A stretch of DNA of 64,000 bases from Marinicrinis sediminis (GTDB lineage Bacteria > Bacillota > Bacilli > Paenibacillales > KCTC-33676), in the NCBI RefSeq assembly GCF_042685085.1, contig NZ_JBHUMM010000007.1:177846-241845 (forward strand). Direction: 5' to 3'. Shown piece after piece: positions 38,926 to 47,762 of the stretch. A program made the translations under genes and the position numbers. The notes under the pieces are model-generated. The model was not told the origin of the DNA, made no database searches, and saw only the letters and a list, made by a program, of their open reading frames with translations. The stretch's first letter is position 1; the number at the start of each line of letters is the position of its first letter.

Positions 38926-39873
38926 ATGGTAAATTTCAAATCAAAAACATTATTATATTGGATAATAATTTGCTTCATATTAGCTACTTGTTCTGCGGTT
39001 ACCGTCAGTGCAATAAGTACTGATAATCTATCATTTTTCGAAATGAATTCAACAGAAGTTAATCAAAATTCTGGCACATCTAATCCATCTATCATTAATA
39101 ATCAAATTCATTTTCAAAGTAAAAAATTAACCTCCTCCAAACAGGAGAAGCTTCTTCCCGTTACTTCACCAGATGGAAATATGGTGGCGTTTGCTTATAA
39201 CTTATTTGCTAGTTCAAATCAAGATCCAAAAATCGGATTTGTAGATATTAAATCAGGAGAAACAATAGACATTCCAATTATTGATCATTTAGCAACGAGC
39301 TGGTTAAAAGTCGGATGGTTTGATAATAAAAGATTTGGTGTAGTTGGACAAATCAATCCTAGCCTTGAAGTTATAGAGATAGTAAACATTGAAAGCAAAA
39401 AAATTGAAAATACTTATTACGGTTTAGGGTTTACTTGGGATGACAAACATAACCGATTACTTTTCAATGTTCCACAACCTCACTTTGGTGAAGGAGAAAA
39501 AGGGAAAAATAAGATTGTAGATGACTTGGGTAACATTTATTATGAATCCCCAATAGATGTAGTCATTTATGGAGGTCCAAACATTGATAAAACAGGTCAA
39601 AACATCGCTTTTTTTGAAGGTAATATGACTACCAATGATATCTTTCTTGTAACAGCTACCAAATCGAATAATAAGGGATCAGTTAGCAATATAAAGAAAT
39701 CAATATGGGAACATGACATAGGTAAAATTGAGTGGAAAGATCATAAATCAATTAAAATAAATGGTCGATATAGTATTCTTGAATATGACTTAAATCAACA
39801 AGCTCTACTAACAAGAACGGACACCCCTGAAAAAATAGAATTAGATTTAAAGTTCCAAGAAAAAAATAATTGA
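38926..39873 (+). CDS. Secreted hypothetical protein
   Basis: 315 aa. GGAGGT RBS. Signal peptide (LLYWIIICFILATCSAVTVSA). Low GC. Confidence 0.5.
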   Translation: MVNFKSKTLLYWIIICFILATCSAVTVSAISTDNLSFFEMNSTEVNQNSGTSNPSIINNQIHFQSKKLTSSKQEKLLPVTSPDGNMVAFAYNLFASSNQDPKIGFVDIKSGETIDIPIIDHLATSWLKVGWFDNKRFGVVGQINPSLEVIEIVNIESKKIENTYYGLGFTWDDKHNRLLFNVPQPHFGEGEKGKNKIVDDLGNIYYESPIDVVIYGGPNIDKTGQNIAFFEGNMTTNDIFLVTATKSNNKGSVSNIKKSIWEHDIGKIEWKDHKSIKINGRYSILEYDLNQQALLTRTDTPEKIELDLKFQEKNN

Positions 39874-40008
39874 GCATTAAGTCATCAGAGAGATATGAAT
39901 TGTTGATTTTCATTCATATCTCTCCTTCTATGGTTCTATGACTGATGACCTTTCGAAACCTAACTGTTTTCAAGTGAATAATATAATTCATATAGGTGGT
40001 GAATATTT

Positions 40009-40860
40009 ATGTCAGGAAAGGTGTATTTGATAATAACGTTACTAATGATTATCCTTGTTGGTTGCGGTCAGGAAATGAATAACGATCCAGGTCAAGAGGA
40101 AAGGATACCTAATGACATTCAACAAGGAAATTTGTCTACTGTTGAAGAAATTAGTTCTCAGAAGGAATATTTAAATCTTTCTACATTACAGGTACAATGG
40201 TATGCAGACGAAGATCCTGAGCAGTTAGACATTAGCTATCGACTAAGTGATATACTTCAATTGAAAATAAAAACAACTAATGAAGAATGGGATTTGGATC
40301 TCCCTGAACTTGCTTACCCCGAGGATGTTCAAGTGATTCAATTGGAAGAAGGACAATCTGCTTTATCAATAAAACTAAATTACTATGAGCCAGAAGCAAC
40401 TATTCAAAACCCCGTCGATGAACGATGGGCTTACTTGATTTTGAGATCGCAAAACAATCGTTTTATGACATTACTAAATACGATGACGGACCAATCTCAT
40501 ACTGAAAACAATTTTAAAATTAGTTTCACCTCACCAGATCATTTCAATATTTTAGATCACAGCACCAATTTCACTGTTGATTTTAAATCTGATCTCTATT
40601 CTGAAAATCCCAATCTATCTTTGTTCAAGCCTTCGAACTGGTTTACTCAAGTGAATCTTACAACTTCACAGACAGGAAATGCTGAAATTAGTTGTACAAA
40701 AATGATTCCTGGCCTTAATAAGGAAAGTCCACTAGGGTTCTTTAAATATAATTACATTTGGATAAATGATGCATTTGTGTTAACAAAAGAGTCATTTTTC
40801 ACTTCGCCTGGTGTGTTTATGGAAAATCCGACAATCGTAAAAGAGACTTCTTACGAATAA
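40009..40860 (+). CDS. Hypothetical lipoprotein
   Basis: 283 aa. AGGTGGTGA RBS. Lipobox LIITLLMIILVGCGQ. Low GC. Confidence 0.5.
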   Translation: MSGKVYLIITLLMIILVGCGQEMNNDPGQEERIPNDIQQGNLSTVEEISSQKEYLNLSTLQVQWYADEDPEQLDISYRLSDILQLKIKTTNEEWDLDLPELAYPEDVQVIQLEEGQSALSIKLNYYEPEATIQNPVDERWAYLILRSQNNRFMTLLNTMTDQSHTENNFKISFTSPDHFNILDHSTNFTVDFKSDLYSENPNLSLFKPSNWFTQVNLTTSQTGNAEISCTKMIPGLNKESPLGFFKYNYIWINDAFVLTKESFFTSPGVFMENPTIVKETSYE

Positions 40861-40953
40861 TCCTACGAATAGGGATGCCATCCTCACATTTTTACAAAGC
40901 AATGGCTCCGACCATATGGTTGAGGTGCATTTCTGGGGTCTGTCAAGTGACAT

Positions 40954-41800
40954 TCATGGTGATGAGATAAAGCATCTATAGAAGAGCGTCATCTGTCGGT
41001 AAGATGCTCTTCCCTTGGTCACCTTCCGTAATTGGCGATGATAGCTTTCGATGATATTGGTGGTGTAGATCAGCTTTCGGATCTCGGATGGATACTTGAA
41101 GAAGGTGGCAAGCTCCTCACAGTTGTTGCACCAGGAGCGAATGATGAGGGAATGCTTGCTTCCCCAGGTTTCTTCAAACAGATCCAGTTCCATCAAAGCC
41201 ATTTCCTCTGTCGCGGCTTTATAAATGGGCTTTAGATCTGCTTCACCTTTTTCAAATCCTTGTAGGAGACATAACGGGTGGAATTGCGAATCTGGTGAAT
41301 GATGCACTTACGCCTCGGTTCTTCAAATCATTCAGTACGCTCAGCCACAACTTTGCAGATTCATTTTCGCCAATCCACATGCCCAGTACGTCCTTGATCC
41401 CATCGAGATCAATCCCGATGACCATGTAAGCTGCTTTGTTGATGATCGCGCCATCTTGCTTCACTTTAAAGTGAATGGCATCTAAATAGACCACCGCATA
41501 GATGCCCTGGAGTGGTCGGTTCTGCCATTCTTTCACTAGGGGCAGAATTTTGTTCTTGACGTTGGAAATGAAGGTGGGAGAGACTTCTACACCGTACAAT
41601 TGCTGCAAATGATCCTGAATCTCGCGGTTGTTGACTCCTTCTTTGGCATATAGGGCAACGATTTGATCTTCGATTCCGGTATGTCTTTGTAAAAACTTAC
41701 ATCGATTACTATTAAAGATTCCACTCTTATACCCAGTATTTACTACTAAGCATTCGGCTCCAAATCAGATAAGTTGCGAAATGGCTCAGTGGTCTAATTG
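40954..41800 (-). mobile_element. IS256-family (mutator-type) transposase pseudogene, frameshifted and truncated
   Basis: Two overlapping ORF fragments (41252-41608 and 40954-41307) carry IS256 transposase blocks (VYLDAIHFKV..., YTTNIIESYHRQLRKVTKG). Further N-terminal similarity (ALYAKEGVNNREIQDHLQQLYGVEVS) continues in-frame upstream to about 41800. No intact ORF and no obvious terminal inverted repeats were found. Confidence 0.7.
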
Positions 41801-41829
41801 TAATAATGATATTGGAGATCTACCATCGC

Positions 41830-42138
41830 TCAATCCGCCCAGGTATTCTCTGAGACATCGCTTACTCTATACTTAACCCCGCGTCGTTCACCCCATAGTC
41901 GATGCAGTTTCTGTGACCATATTGCCAAATCCTTATACGGCATTGCTGTTACGCATATCTTATCGAACTTATGTCTAAAATGGTTCCCTGCCTTCATGAT
42001 TCGTACAGCACCCAAGTAATCATCACTTAGAGCCCAGACGGATCTTGCTATATCCGCAAGTATTAGCGCACCTGCACACATCGGGCAAGGTTCAACTGTT
42101 GAGTACAATGTGCATTTGTTTTTGTACTTCTTGTCCAT
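41830..42138 (-). pseudogene. Truncated CMP/dCMP-type zinc deaminase (TadA-like), C-terminal two-thirds only
   Basis: 102-aa ORF containing a TLYSTVEPCPMCAGALI (PCxxC) motif. The HAE-containing N-terminal ~60 aa are missing. It abuts the IS256 fragment. Confidence 0.55.
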
Positions 42139-42394
42139 AAGTAATTGCCCAGCTTGTCTGATGACATCTATTTCAAAAATCCTTCTTCCACTAAATTGCC
42201 CAATAGCTTAGCAAGATTCACTTCATGTTACGGCCAGGTTGGTTGCTCGCCCCGTCTCTGACAGGTTCTTTCGTTGATACGCTTTACGCACAGACTTTGC
42301 CATACGCAAGTATCCAAGCTATACGGGGACTTGATTCCTCCGGCGATCGAACTTTCACCTGCTAGAAGATGCGTGCCTCTAGGCACGCATCCTA

Positions 42395-42475
42395 TAAAAA
42401 GACGCCATACCATCAAGTCTAATGGGAAAGTTCCTTCCTCATCGACGTGAACGGTATGGCGTTTTTTTGTTTTGT
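42395..42475. terminator. Long hairpin with flanking T-tracts (bidirectional terminator) downstream of the dehydrogenase gene
   Basis: AAAAAGACGCCATACC...GGTATGGCGTTTTTTTG. An inverted repeat of about 10 bp arms is flanked by A- and T-runs. Confidence 0.5.
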
Positions 42476-42487
42476 GCTACTGAAGGT

Positions 42488-43447
42488 CTAGTACCCTTTT
42501 CGATAATCCAAGGCATTTTTCATTGCATGCTCTTCGCCGTTTAGATAACGCTCTAAATTCATCACAAACAAGTTTACAAGACGCTCCCTGTTTTTCATCG
42601 TGTTTCCGCCTGAATTATGAGGTGTGAGTATGACATTCGATAGTAACCATAAAGAATGTTCTGCAGGGAGCGGTTCCTCCTCAAAAACATCCAGGCCAGC
42701 GCCTGCTATCCGACCTTCTTTAAGAGCTTTGACCAAATCTTCCGTCTTCACAGTAGAGCCTCGTCCAACATTAATAAAATATGCGCTTTTCTTCATTTGA
42801 CTAAATTTCTCGAAGTCAAACAGATAGTGCGTTTCTTCTGTCAATGGCAGAATATTAATGACGAAGTCACTTTCTTTAAGCGCATTATTTAGCGAACTCG
42901 TTGGATAAGTTAGATCTGCTTCTGGAATAGGTTCTCCGGAACGTCGAACTGCAATGACTTGCATTCCGAATGCACGACATAATCGAGCAGCCTCTTTCCC
43001 TATTTCACCTGTCCCAATGATTGATACTGTGCAGCCGTTCATTTCGGCCAATGTTACTGGACTCTCCCATTTTGCGCATTCCTGATTATGCAGTGCTGAC
43101 ACAATCCCTCTGGAAAAACCCAGCATCATCGCTAATATAGTTTCTGAAACGGATTTGGCATGGACTCCACTCGCATCGGTTACATGTATATTCCGTTCCT
43201 CAAGGAGCGAAAGAGGCAAGTATTCGATACCTGAAGACCAGCTTTGCAGCCATTTCAGCTTGGAGGGTTTGCAAAGCGTCTCGGTTTCTATTCGTGTATC
43301 CCAGCCGAAAATGATCTCTGCCTCCAAAAAAAGTCTATCCTCTATGCTTGAAGCAGTGCCGAAATGAATCTCAAGATTCGGCGCTTGTTTCCTTATCCGC
43401 TCTTTTTGTGAATCTGTCATATCTAAAAGACAAATCATCTTTCTCAT
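42488..43447 (-). CDS. D-isomer-specific 2-hydroxyacid dehydrogenase (NAD-binding)
   Basis: 319 aa. Rossmann motif IIGTGEIGKEAARLCRAFGMQV. Catalytic region (RGSTVKTEDLVKAL..., PHNSG). Confidence 0.85.
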   Translation of the reverse strand: MRKMICLLDMTDSQKERIRKQAPNLEIHFGTASSIEDRLFLEAEIIFGWDTRIETETLCKPSKLKWLQSWSSGIEYLPLSLLEERNIHVTDASGVHAKSVSETILAMMLGFSRGIVSALHNQECAKWESPVTLAEMNGCTVSIIGTGEIGKEAARLCRAFGMQVIAVRRSGEPIPEADLTYPTSSLNNALKESDFVINILPLTEETHYLFDFEKFSQMKKSAYFINVGRGSTVKTEDLVKALKEGRIAGAGLDVFEEEPLPAEHSLWLLSNVILTPHNSGGNTMKNRERLVNLFVMNLERYLNGEEHAMKNALDYRKGY

Positions 43448-44149
43448 ATATATGTCCCTCTTTTCTGGTCATTTCATCATTCAATCCGTCTTGTAATCTG
43501 AGAGCTTGCATTCCTGACCTTCAAGCCACCTATCTATTGGTTCCTGTATGCCGATAATACTCTCCGATCAGCTACATACAAGTCCTGTTGTAAACGCTAA
43601 CACTAGTTTACATGATACGCCACATTCAATCTTTATATCAACCTTACTATGTGGTACGTGCTTAAATATATTGTTTGAAAGCATTTTATTATGGCGATAC
43701 ATCAGATCCTGTGAGGATGCAATCTCAGTACATTCAGATCGTTTGACAATCCTGAAGTTTCAGCCTCCACAATGTATTTAACTGGTGAGAATGTCTATTT
43801 GCGTCAGCGCTAGCAGCATTCGCATTGCACCGTAATTTTGATTATATTCATGTTCACTGATAATTGCTTTTATGTTGACCAGAAGTCATTACTGTCTCTC
43901 CTGCATGGGTGAGGACCTTTGGCTACACCTTGACTAAAAAAAACGAGGGGCGTTTGGGGTATTCTGGGGTGAAATTTTATCTCAATATGTGCTTCCGTGT
44001 TTCAGGATGTACCACATGCGGGAACATGTGGTAGTTATTTTGGTCCTGTATTAGTTGGATAAAACCCTTGATGTATAAGGATTTTATCCAACGCATATTG
44101 TTCTATTTGTTTGAGTTTTATTGGTTGTTGATGATGTTCGTCAACAGAA

Positions 44150-45040
44150 TCAAACAGTTGTTTTGAACCAAAGTAACAAATCAAATAATGAATACACCAT
44201 TGCTTGTACAGTAAATGAGGTTGGCTGATATGCTGGATTAAGGTATGGATTATGAGCTCCGTTATCACTTGACACTTTATATACGCATTCAGAAAACACT
44301 TTAATTACTCCAGAATAATATTCAGTTTGGGTAGGTTGATGATTATTTCTCCGGTGTTTGTTTCCACCTAAATGTTTGTGAGCATCCCAAAATTTCACGT
44401 CATTATTTGGCTTGAAACAACTGTCAGGAACTATACTTTTATCTAATTTATTTATTGTCTGGAGAATTGATTCTTGAACTCTACGGATTGTTACTAAATT
44501 ACTTTTTATTTGGGATAAATCATCACTATGCATATTTTTTATTAAGTTTACTAATTCATTCTCTATCGATATATCGACATGACCTCTCTCAAAAATCTGA
44601 AATACATTAAAATACTTATTTTTTATTTTAATATTCTCAAGTTCAAGACCCTTTTGAGTAATATAATTAAATAATGCTTCGATATCTCCCGGTATTTTTT
44701 TATATAGCTTCTCCTGAGGAAACCACGTTTTCACAGTCGAGAATCCTTCTGCATCGGCTGTTAAAATTGCTCGTGGAAGTTCTTTATATTTTTCATCAAG
44801 TAATGACAAAGCTATCGTTAGAAAATCTTCACCTTCTATCGGCTGATTTGGCTCTTTCAAACACTTTATATCAAGAACAATAAGCGTTAGCTTTGATGCA
44901 ATGGATGGTAATATTACTTCCATATCTCTAAAATTGGTTTTGTGTACTATATCAATATTATGGGGGCGGGCGGATCTCTTTAGTTCTTCTGCAAATCCTA
45001 TTTTATCATCTACTAATAACACATAATTTTTAGAGGACAT
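44150..45040 (-). CDS. Response-regulator receiver (REC) domain protein with an uncharacterised ~170-aa C-terminal domain
   Basis: 296 aa. REC signature residues: VLLVDD, phospho-acceptor-like LIVLDI, AILTADA (Thr), KLYKK (Lys). No recognisable HTH. Its start abuts the stop of the upstream kinase-like gene (45040/45041). Confidence 0.55.
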   Translation of the reverse strand: MSSKNYVLLVDDKIGFAEELKRSARPHNIDIVHKTNFRDMEVILPSIASKLTLIVLDIKCLKEPNQPIEGEDFLTIALSLLDEKYKELPRAILTADAEGFSTVKTWFPQEKLYKKIPGDIEALFNYITQKGLELENIKIKNKYFNVFQIFERGHVDISIENELVNLIKNMHSDDLSQIKSNLVTIRRVQESILQTINKLDKSIVPDSCFKPNNDVKFWDAHKHLGGNKHRRNNHQPTQTEYYSGVIKVFSECVYKVSSDNGAHNPYLNPAYQPTSFTVQAMVYSLFDLLLWFKTTV

Positions 45041-47686
45041 CTACAAGTTCTCCTTTAGGGGTAAAATAAAGTGAAGTTCCATTCCACTGTCTCTTTGATT
45101 AATTTCAAGCCTGCCTGAATGTGCACCTATTACTTTGTTTATATATGCCCCACCCAAGCCCTGTCCGTTGCTTTCTCTACCTTTTTTCAAAGGTGATATA
45201 TAATCGTTTTTTGACAAATCAAATGGTCTTCCATTATTTGTGTAGATAATATTTAAAAAATCCCCGTTCTCAGTGACTTTAATTCTGATTGTATTCTTAT
45301 TTTTTTTATTATTTTTCATATCAAATGCATGCATCTCTGCATTTCTAAATAGCTGGTTAAATAGCTCACGAAAAGACACTTCATGCATGTTCAAATATAT
45401 ATTTTTCAAACAATCGACTGATATTTGATACTTGTCTTTTATCTCTCTTCTATGAATATCCACTAGTTCATTCAAAAAATCGCATAAATTCACTATTTTA
45501 AAATCACTCTTTTTTAAATCTAATTTAATAATTTTATTGGTACGATCAATATATTCCTCGAGAGTCTTTGTATATACCTCTAATCTATCAAATATACCTC
45601 TTATACTATCTCGAACAAGGCTACTCTCACTAGCAATTAATAATTCTATATCAATATCTTTAGTATTCTGTATAGGGTTTTCTACAAATTCATCTAACAT
45701 ACCTTTAGAATATAAAAATTTTCTTAAAATACTTATATTACTATGAATATAAAAAATATATGGTAATGCATTATGAGAAAGAGTACTAATTATTTCTTTT
45801 TGAGCGTCTTGTGCTGTTCTCTCTAGCTCGTTTTCTTTTTCAATACTGAAATCTCGTAGACTCTCTATCTCTATTAGGGATAACTTTTGCTCCTTTATGT
45901 ATTCCTCTTGGGACTTTAGGTCTGGAACGTTAATCACAATGTTTAAAAAATCATTTTTTTTAATTCTAGGGATGGTACCTGCTCTTAGTTTTGCTATTTG
46001 ATTTAAAACTCTCGGACTATAAAGTTGATAGTATAAATACTCAATATTAATCAACCTTACTCTGGGTACTAGTGCCAATAGGTTTTGACCTATAATTATC
46101 TCTTTTGTAGGAGAATGTTCAGTATCATAAATAGTCGGCTTTAATTTTTCTCCAAGTAATGATATAATTATTGCTTGTTTGGATAAGACTTCCTTATTTA
46201 TCAACATCCTTCTTCTTTCAATTTCATTTGTATTAATATATTTTTCTTTTATCGATTCGTTTAAGTCTCTAATTCTTACATAAGGTAATCCATGCTCATC
46301 TTCTTCTGTTTGTCTTATAAAAACATCACTTACTATCTCAAAAACATCCCTTAATTTCTTCCCTATTCCTTTTTTTAAAAGAACCTCATTTTCAATAAAA
46401 ATACTGTCATATCTATTTACATTGAGACTAAAATTGTTTTCCTGTATTTCAATTAACGAAACAACTCTTGAAGTTCCCTCTACTTCATCGTATTTCTTTA
46501 ATATTTCTGCAACTGTATCCAAACTTACATTTGACATATGTCTCTTACCATCAAAATCGGAATACCATAGGCCATTTATAAATAACACTTTGCCCGTTTT
46601 ATAAGATTCTTTATTTTTTTTCAACACTAATAATGAGAATGATTTTTTTGAAAAAGAACTTACTTTCATCGGTATTGATACTACAGCTTCTATTAAATCA
46701 TTCTCGATAATACGCCGTCTTATTTCCCTCTCATTTCCTTCACTTGCAAGAAGCCTATCATCAACAACAACAATTGCCCTACCATTTTGTTTCAAGCTCG
46801 ATATAATATGCTGTATGAATGCATAATCAGACGATTTCCGTGGTGCTAAACCATATTGAAATCTGCCATATCTGTCATGAACATACTCACTGTAGTAGTT
46901 ATCACTGCGCACTGAAAATGGAATACGGGTAATTATTTTATCGAATTGAGTTATTTGATTATCATGGATATTCCCAGGATGTAATAGTGTATCACCAAAA
47001 AAAATGTTTACATCATATTCTCCATGCATAATAAAATTCATTATGCAGATACTATGATTTTTACTGTCCTTTTCCTGTCCAAATATTGATATTCTTTTTG
47101 ATTCCACAGAGTATTCCCTTGCATTTGTAATAATTTCGGTTAAAAAACCCCCAGTACCACAAAACGGGTCATAAACTCTCTCATTTTGTTTTACATCTAG
47201 TAAATTCACAAGTAATTTTTTTATTTCATCTGGGTAAGGCCTAACTCCTAAGGAATAGAAACGTAGTCTTTGAATTAAATATTCAAAAGCAACCCCCATA
47301 TCATGATCAGAAATTTCATCTGATGAAAGTGATAGACTATCAAGGTAAGCGATTATCGCATAAATACTAGTCATGAAATTACAGTTTTCAAACTTAATTC
47401 CATGAAATAAATTATTATACTTACCTAGATATTCATCCAATTCAGAAAAAGTTTTATCTAATTCTGAAGCTACAATACGAGACTCTCTTAGGTGGGTAGC
47501 ATTATTTCTAATATGTTTCCATAATCTTTGAATATGTGGTGTATTGTCAGCAACACGTTTTAAGAAAACTAAACTCAAGACATACAAATCAAGATCATAA
47601 TTTCTTACAGAGATATCACTTCTAACGATATCAAGAATACGAGAGAGCCTATGTTTGAAGATCTCTATTTTATCATAATCATACAT
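45041..47686 (-). CDS. Fusion protein: HsdM-like N6-adenine methyltransferase-fold domain (degenerate catalytic motif) plus C-terminal histidine-kinase/GHKL ATPase domain
   Basis: 881 aa. Motif I VYDPFCGTGGFL. HsdM-like blocks (ICIMNFIMHGEY, FIQHIISSLKQNGRAIVVVDDRLL...EIRRRIIENDLIEAVVSIP). The position equivalent to NPPF reads FDKIITRIPFSV. The C-terminus has HATPase_c N/G1/G2 boxes (RNAEMHA, NNGRPF, GQGLGGAYI) and a possible H-box (ISTLSHNALPY). Confidence 0.65.
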   Translation of the reverse strand: MYDYDKIEIFKHRLSRILDIVRSDISVRNYDLDLYVLSLVFLKRVADNTPHIQRLWKHIRNNATHLRESRIVASELDKTFSELDEYLGKYNNLFHGIKFENCNFMTSIYAIIAYLDSLSLSSDEISDHDMGVAFEYLIQRLRFYSLGVRPYPDEIKKLLVNLLDVKQNERVYDPFCGTGGFLTEIITNAREYSVESKRISIFGQEKDSKNHSICIMNFIMHGEYDVNIFFGDTLLHPGNIHDNQITQFDKIITRIPFSVRSDNYYSEYVHDRYGRFQYGLAPRKSSDYAFIQHIISSLKQNGRAIVVVDDRLLASEGNEREIRRRIIENDLIEAVVSIPMKVSSFSKKSFSLLVLKKNKESYKTGKVLFINGLWYSDFDGKRHMSNVSLDTVAEILKKYDEVEGTSRVVSLIEIQENNFSLNVNRYDSIFIENEVLLKKGIGKKLRDVFEIVSDVFIRQTEEDEHGLPYVRIRDLNESIKEKYINTNEIERRRMLINKEVLSKQAIIISLLGEKLKPTIYDTEHSPTKEIIIGQNLLALVPRVRLINIEYLYYQLYSPRVLNQIAKLRAGTIPRIKKNDFLNIVINVPDLKSQEEYIKEQKLSLIEIESLRDFSIEKENELERTAQDAQKEIISTLSHNALPYIFYIHSNISILRKFLYSKGMLDEFVENPIQNTKDIDIELLIASESSLVRDSIRGIFDRLEVYTKTLEEYIDRTNKIIKLDLKKSDFKIVNLCDFLNELVDIHRREIKDKYQISVDCLKNIYLNMHEVSFRELFNQLFRNAEMHAFDMKNNKKNKNTIRIKVTENGDFLNIIYTNNGRPFDLSKNDYISPLKKGRESNGQGLGGAYINKVIGAHSGRLEINQRDSGMELHFILPLKENL

Positions 47687-47762
47687 TACTTAACCTCCAA
47701 TCTTTTATATATTTAGTAATAGAGGCTAGTTTGTAACATTTCGAAACAAACTAGCCTATAAT

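Noticed and set aside
42228-42416. 62-aa ORF between the deaminase fragment and the dehydrogenase gene.
   Set aside because: It overlaps a long terminator hairpin in an intergenic region and has no RBS. It is probably non-coding.
43450-44035. Searched the AT-rich gap for the distal copy of the ssrA core and for an integrase or promoter elements.
   Set aside because: Only a 7-9-nt partial match (AACGAGGGGCG) was found, which is indistinguishable from chance. No recombinase ORF was found. The distal island boundary is left undefined.
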